Positions 60,511 through 64,000 of a stretch of 64,000 bases of DNA are shown in pieces (the first letter of the stretch is position 1; every line of letters starts with the position of its first letter). The notes beneath the pieces were generated by a model. That model was given only the letters and a program-made list of their open reading frames with translations. It was not told the origin of the DNA and searched no databases. Source of the stretch: an uncultured euryarchaeote (GTDB lineage Archaea > Thermoplasmatota > Poseidoniia > Poseidoniales > Poseidoniaceae); the NCBI GenBank assembly GCA_937911345.1, contig CALDPP010000012.1, positions 361 to 64,360 on the forward strand, in the 5' to 3' direction. Position numbers and translations under genes: made by a program.

Positions 60511-62007
60511 ATGGAAATGACTGTAAGCGTAAATGATAATATCAATGGAACACTGATTCTTCCAATAGTCGAAGGAACTGAATCTATACCTGAAGACTGT
60601 GAGAGAGGATTGCCACAATCTATGAAAGCACAAATCAACAAAGTGCTCGGTGGTGGCGATTTTAAAGCGAAAGCCAAAACGACATTATCTTTAGTTGGTG
60701 GAGAAGATGGCAACATCATTCTTTCCGGTCTAGGAAAGGGCGATGGAATCACAGTCCACGATTACCGAAAAGCCGGCGCTGCAGTGTTTGCCAGCATTAA
60801 GAAAATTCACGGCAACGACTTTACTGTCAGATTCATGGATGCTGGTGTTGCACACATGGCAGCATTTGCTGAAGGCATGATGCTAAGGGATTATTCATAC
60901 GATAATTACAAAATGAAAGATGACGACAATGAAGATGACTCTACCAAACAAATTAGATTGGCTTGCAGTGAAAAGGAAGCTGGAGAATTAACCTCACTGG
61001 TAGAAAAATACCGAGGTATTGCAAAGGGAGTGCACCTCTCAAGAGACCTTGGGAACTGCCCTCCAAACGATATGTATCCTGAAGAATTTGCTGACCGAGC
61101 GTGGGAATGGGCCAAGCAATATGACAATGTCGAAGTCACCATCATCAACTACGATCAAGCACTAAAAGCCGGAATGGGTGGATTAGTGGCTGTTGGAAAG
61201 GGTTCGTCCCGTAAGCCTTGTATGGTCATCTTTGAAATGAACAAGGATATCAAGGGCAAGTGTCCTGTTCTAGTAGGTAAAGGAATTACTTTCGATACCG
61301 GTGGAATTTCACTCAAGCCTGGTGCAAACATGGACGAAATGAAATATGACATGGGCGGTTCTGCAACGGTATTCGGTACAATGGAAGCCTTGGCACAGAC
61401 TGGTCACAAAGGCAAGGTTGTCGGAATAACTTGTATGGCTGAAAATATGCCTGCTGCAAATGCAACAAGGCCTGGAGATGTTATCAAGGGCTTATCCGGT
61501 AAAACTATTGAAATTTTGAACACTGATGCTGAAGGAAGACTAGTACTATCCGATGGACTTTGGAAAGCTGGTGAATTTGATCCAGAATACATTGTAGATT
61601 TTGCAACACTAACCGGTGCTTGTGTTGTTGCGCTCGGTCATGAAGCGACCGGTCTTTGGTCAAATAATGATGAATTTAGAAGCCGAATCCACGATGCCGG
61701 TAACGCTGTTGATGAGTTAGCATGGCCTATGCCACTACTGCCTGCGTTTGAAAAAGAAATGACCGATTCTAAGATTGCTGATACTAGAAATCTAGGTGCT
61801 GGACGCTGGGGTGGAGCAAATACTGCTGCTGCATTCTTGAAGCAGTTCGTACCAAATGTCGATTATGACAAGGATGGTGAGCAAATAACTTGGGCTCATA
61901 TGGATATTGCTGGAACTTATTGGGGTGCCAAGACCAATAACATGGTCAAAAACGGTGCCACCGGAGTTCATGTTAGAACCATGCATCACTTGATTACTCA
62001 AGGATGA
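60511..62007 (+). CDS. pepA: Leucyl aminopeptidase (M17)
   Basis: VGKGITFDTGGISLK, MKYDMGG, NTDAEGRL, ATLTGA, WAHMDIAGT. Confidence 0.96.
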   Translation: MEMTVSVNDNINGTLILPIVEGTESIPEDCERGLPQSMKAQINKVLGGGDFKAKAKTTLSLVGGEDGNIILSGLGKGDGITVHDYRKAGAAVFASIKKIHGNDFTVRFMDAGVAHMAAFAEGMMLRDYSYDNYKMKDDDNEDDSTKQIRLACSEKEAGELTSLVEKYRGIAKGVHLSRDLGNCPPNDMYPEEFADRAWEWAKQYDNVEVTIINYDQALKAGMGGLVAVGKGSSRKPCMVIFEMNKDIKGKCPVLVGKGITFDTGGISLKPGANMDEMKYDMGGSATVFGTMEALAQTGHKGKVVGITCMAENMPAANATRPGDVIKGLSGKTIEILNTDAEGRLVLSDGLWKAGEFDPEYIVDFATLTGACVVALGHEATGLWSNNDEFRSRIHDAGNAVDELAWPMPLLPAFEKEMTDSKIADTRNLGAGRWGGANTAAAFLKQFVPNVDYDKDGEQITWAHMDIAGTYWGAKTNNMVKNGATGVHVRTMHHLITQG

Positions 62008-62014
62008 TTTGTTA

Positions 62015-64000
62015 CTATTTCCACACTGACCAATCGTCGACTTTGTTTTGACGATAGTACCAGTTGCTACTGCCTTCAGGGTGTTCTAAGTATTCAAAGC
62101 CGTCATCTTCGTTGAGTTTGCCCTGGAGTTGCTTATCTGGCATACTTGTAGTACCTTGATTATCAAATTGACGAACTGCTAATTCTTCATTTAGCAATTC
62201 AGCTCGCTCCGTTGCATCAAGTGTCCCGATTAAACCAAAATATGCATCGTTGTACGCAATATCTAGTAATTGCTCATGGTCTGAAGACATGATATCGTCA
62301 ATTAAGACGAGTAGTTTCTCACGCGTTTCCTTCTTAATCTCATTATTTGTATATCTAGCAGTTAAGTCGCCACGTAACGTTTTCAATTCATTTTGCAATG
62401 TTGTTGGTTCGCTGTAATACGCTTGGACAACTGACTGAAGATATGTTAATTCATTCCTTTCTTCTTTAGAGAGATTGTTATTTCTTCTTAGGACTTGAAC
62501 CCACCTAAAGGTTTCAGGCAGCAAACCAGCAATTGCGTTGGTTTGCAGTAGGGCGAAAATTGCTAGAAGTAGTGCACCAATTCCCACGGTTTTAGTTGCG
62601 GCTTCATTGTCGCCAGAAAAGAATGATTCCATGAATCCTTCATCGTCGCCATCGTTTCCGGTCAAGTCACCAAGGTCTAATTCACAACCATCGATGCCTA
62701 CAAGTGTACCGATTGGAGTATTCGGGCACTGATCTAGTTGGTTGATAATGCCATCAAGATCTGAATCAATATCTTCAATTGTGCCGTTTTGCCCACCATT
62801 CGAAGATTGCAAGATATCAGCAATTCCATCATTATCAGAGTCGGTGCAACCATAAAAACCGTTAGCGGTAGAAGTTCCCGCTATTTCTGGACAATAATCA
62901 GGCAGTGTAGCTCCGAATACGAAGACACCGGGTAGTATCGGGTTTCTTGTTTGATTCCATTCAGAATCCCCCCAGTTGTCGCCGTAACCATCGCCATCTA
63001 AATCTGACCACTGGGATGCTATAGTCACAAATGCGTCAGGTGTAGTACCATTTTGGTTGTCGCCATATCCGTCGCCGTCGGTGTCTAGCCATTGGGTTGG
63101 ATTGTACGGGAAGGCGTCAAGGATATCCAGATAGCCATCCAAATCGGAGTCTGCAAAGTTGTCTAAATATGGGAATGGGTCGGCATTATCACCAATTCCA
63201 TCGCCGTCTGAGTCCGCTGTTTCCAATGGATTGGTTGGGAATGCGTCGGAATTATCGCCGACACCATCACCGTCTGAGTCTACAGTTTCAGTCTCATCTA
63301 ATGGGAATGCATCGGAATTATCACCGACACCATCGCCATCAAGGTCCATTGTCTCGAGAGGGTTATTCGGGAATGCATCGGAATTATCGCCAATACCATC
63401 GCCATCTGAATCTGTAGTTTCGAGTGGATTGGTCGGGAAAGCATCAGCATTGTCTCCTACGCCGTCGCCGTCAGTATCAATCCATTCAGATAAGTCGTTA
63501 GGAAATTCGTCGCCAGAATCAGAATAACCATCGCCGTCTGAATCTAAACAACCAATTAGGTCGAGGGTAGAGAGTCCCGAAACATCAGGACATTGATCCG
63601 TATTATCACCATAGCCATCGCCGTCCGAATCGATTGTTTCGTTGGGGTCGTTTGGAAATGCATCTGCGTTATCGCCAACACCATCGCCATCGGAATCTGA
63701 ACCTTCAGCTGGGTCATTTGGGAATGGGTCACTGTTGTCACCAATACCATCGCCGTCTGAATCCATAGTTTCTGTAGCATCAAGAGGAAATGCATCCGCA
63801 TTGTCTCCAACTCCGTCACCGTCGCTATCAGCGGATTCTGTCGGGTCTGTAGGAGCCCAATCTGAATTATCACCAACACCGTCACCATCTGTGTCTACCG
63901 TTTCAGTGGCATCGTTAGGGAACTCATCGGCATTATCACCAACTCCATCGCCATCAGTATCAATCCATTCAGTTGCATCGTTAGGGAATTCATCTAATGA
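62015..64000 (-). CDS. Thrombospondin type-3 repeat membrane protein (5' end beyond the window)
   Basis: The frame stays open to 64000 (SLDEFPNDATEWIDTDGDGVGDN...). Many D(S/T)DGDG(V/I)GDN.DAFP repeats, then a TM helix and a cytoplasmic domain. Confidence 0.85.
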   Translation of the reverse strand, partial: SLDEFPNDATEWIDTDGDGVGDNADEFPNDATETVDTDGDGVGDNSDWAPTDPTESADSDGDGVGDNADAFPLDATETMDSDGDGIGDNSDPFPNDPAEGSDSDGDGVGDNADAFPNDPNETIDSDGDGYGDNTDQCPDVSGLSTLDLIGCLDSDGDGYSDSGDEFPNDLSEWIDTDGDGVGDNADAFPTNPLETTDSDGDGIGDNSDAFPNNPLETMDLDGDGVGDNSDAFPLDETETVDSDGDGVGDNSDAFPTNPLETADSDGDGIGDNADPFPYLDNFADSDLDGYLDILDAFPYNPTQWLDTDGDGYGDNQNGTTPDAFVTIASQWSDLDGDGYGDNWGDSEWNQTRNPILPGVFVFGATLPDYCPEIAGTSTANGFYGCTDSDNDGIADILQSSNGGQNGTIEDIDSDLDGIINQLDQCPNTPIGTLVGIDGCELDLGDLTGNDGDDEGFMESFFSGDNEAATKTVGIGALLLAIFALLQTNAIAGLLPETFRWVQVLRRNNNLSKEERNELTYLQSVVQAYYSEPTTLQNELKTLRGDLTARYTNNEIKKETREKLLVLIDDIMSSDHEQLLDIAYNDAYFGLIGTLDATERAELLNEELAVRQFDNQGTTSMPDKQLQGKLNEDDGFEYLEHPEGSSNWYYRQNKVDDWSVWK
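62980..64000 (-). repeat. Tandem ~66-bp (22-aa) TSP3-like coding repeats
   Basis: Recurring ccatcgccgtc / gggaatgc units with synonymous divergence. Confidence 0.85.

Noticed and set aside
62980-64000. Regularly spaced DNA repeats suggesting a CRISPR array
   Set aside because: They are in-frame coding repeats with third-position variation. No unique spacers and no cas genes.

Overview
Gene-dense archaeal chromosome segment of about 49 CDS, mostly on the minus strand. No tRNA, rRNA, CRISPR array, intein or mobile element was seen. The markers (PolD DP2, MCM, PriL, GatE, Rpo3/uS13-uS4-uS11, Pth2, DUF6015-like, PGF-CTERM, TSP3-repeat surface proteins, secreted peptidases, bacterial-type FumC/PckA/PepA/Xth) suggest a Thermoplasmatota marine heterotroph, probably Marine Group II/Poseidoniales (inference). 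Most genes are housekeeping. The main observations are: (1) a class II fumarase fused to an N-terminal ribbon-helix-helix-like domain, with palindromes over its own promoter; (2) a near-consensus origin recognition box just upstream of the mcm promoter, with no cdc6 nearby; (3) a non-canonical TATA element (YTSAW) recurring 21-22 nt before many start codons, including one bidirectional box; (4) a candidate B12 capture module (beta-propeller/2TM/DUF4430-like protein plus an ECF S-component); (5) an agmatinase + SpeD-like + DHS-like operon with no spermidine synthase; (6) tandem Pth2 paralogues; (7) an enlarged AddAB-like pair. All calls come from motif recognition by eye; no database searches were run.
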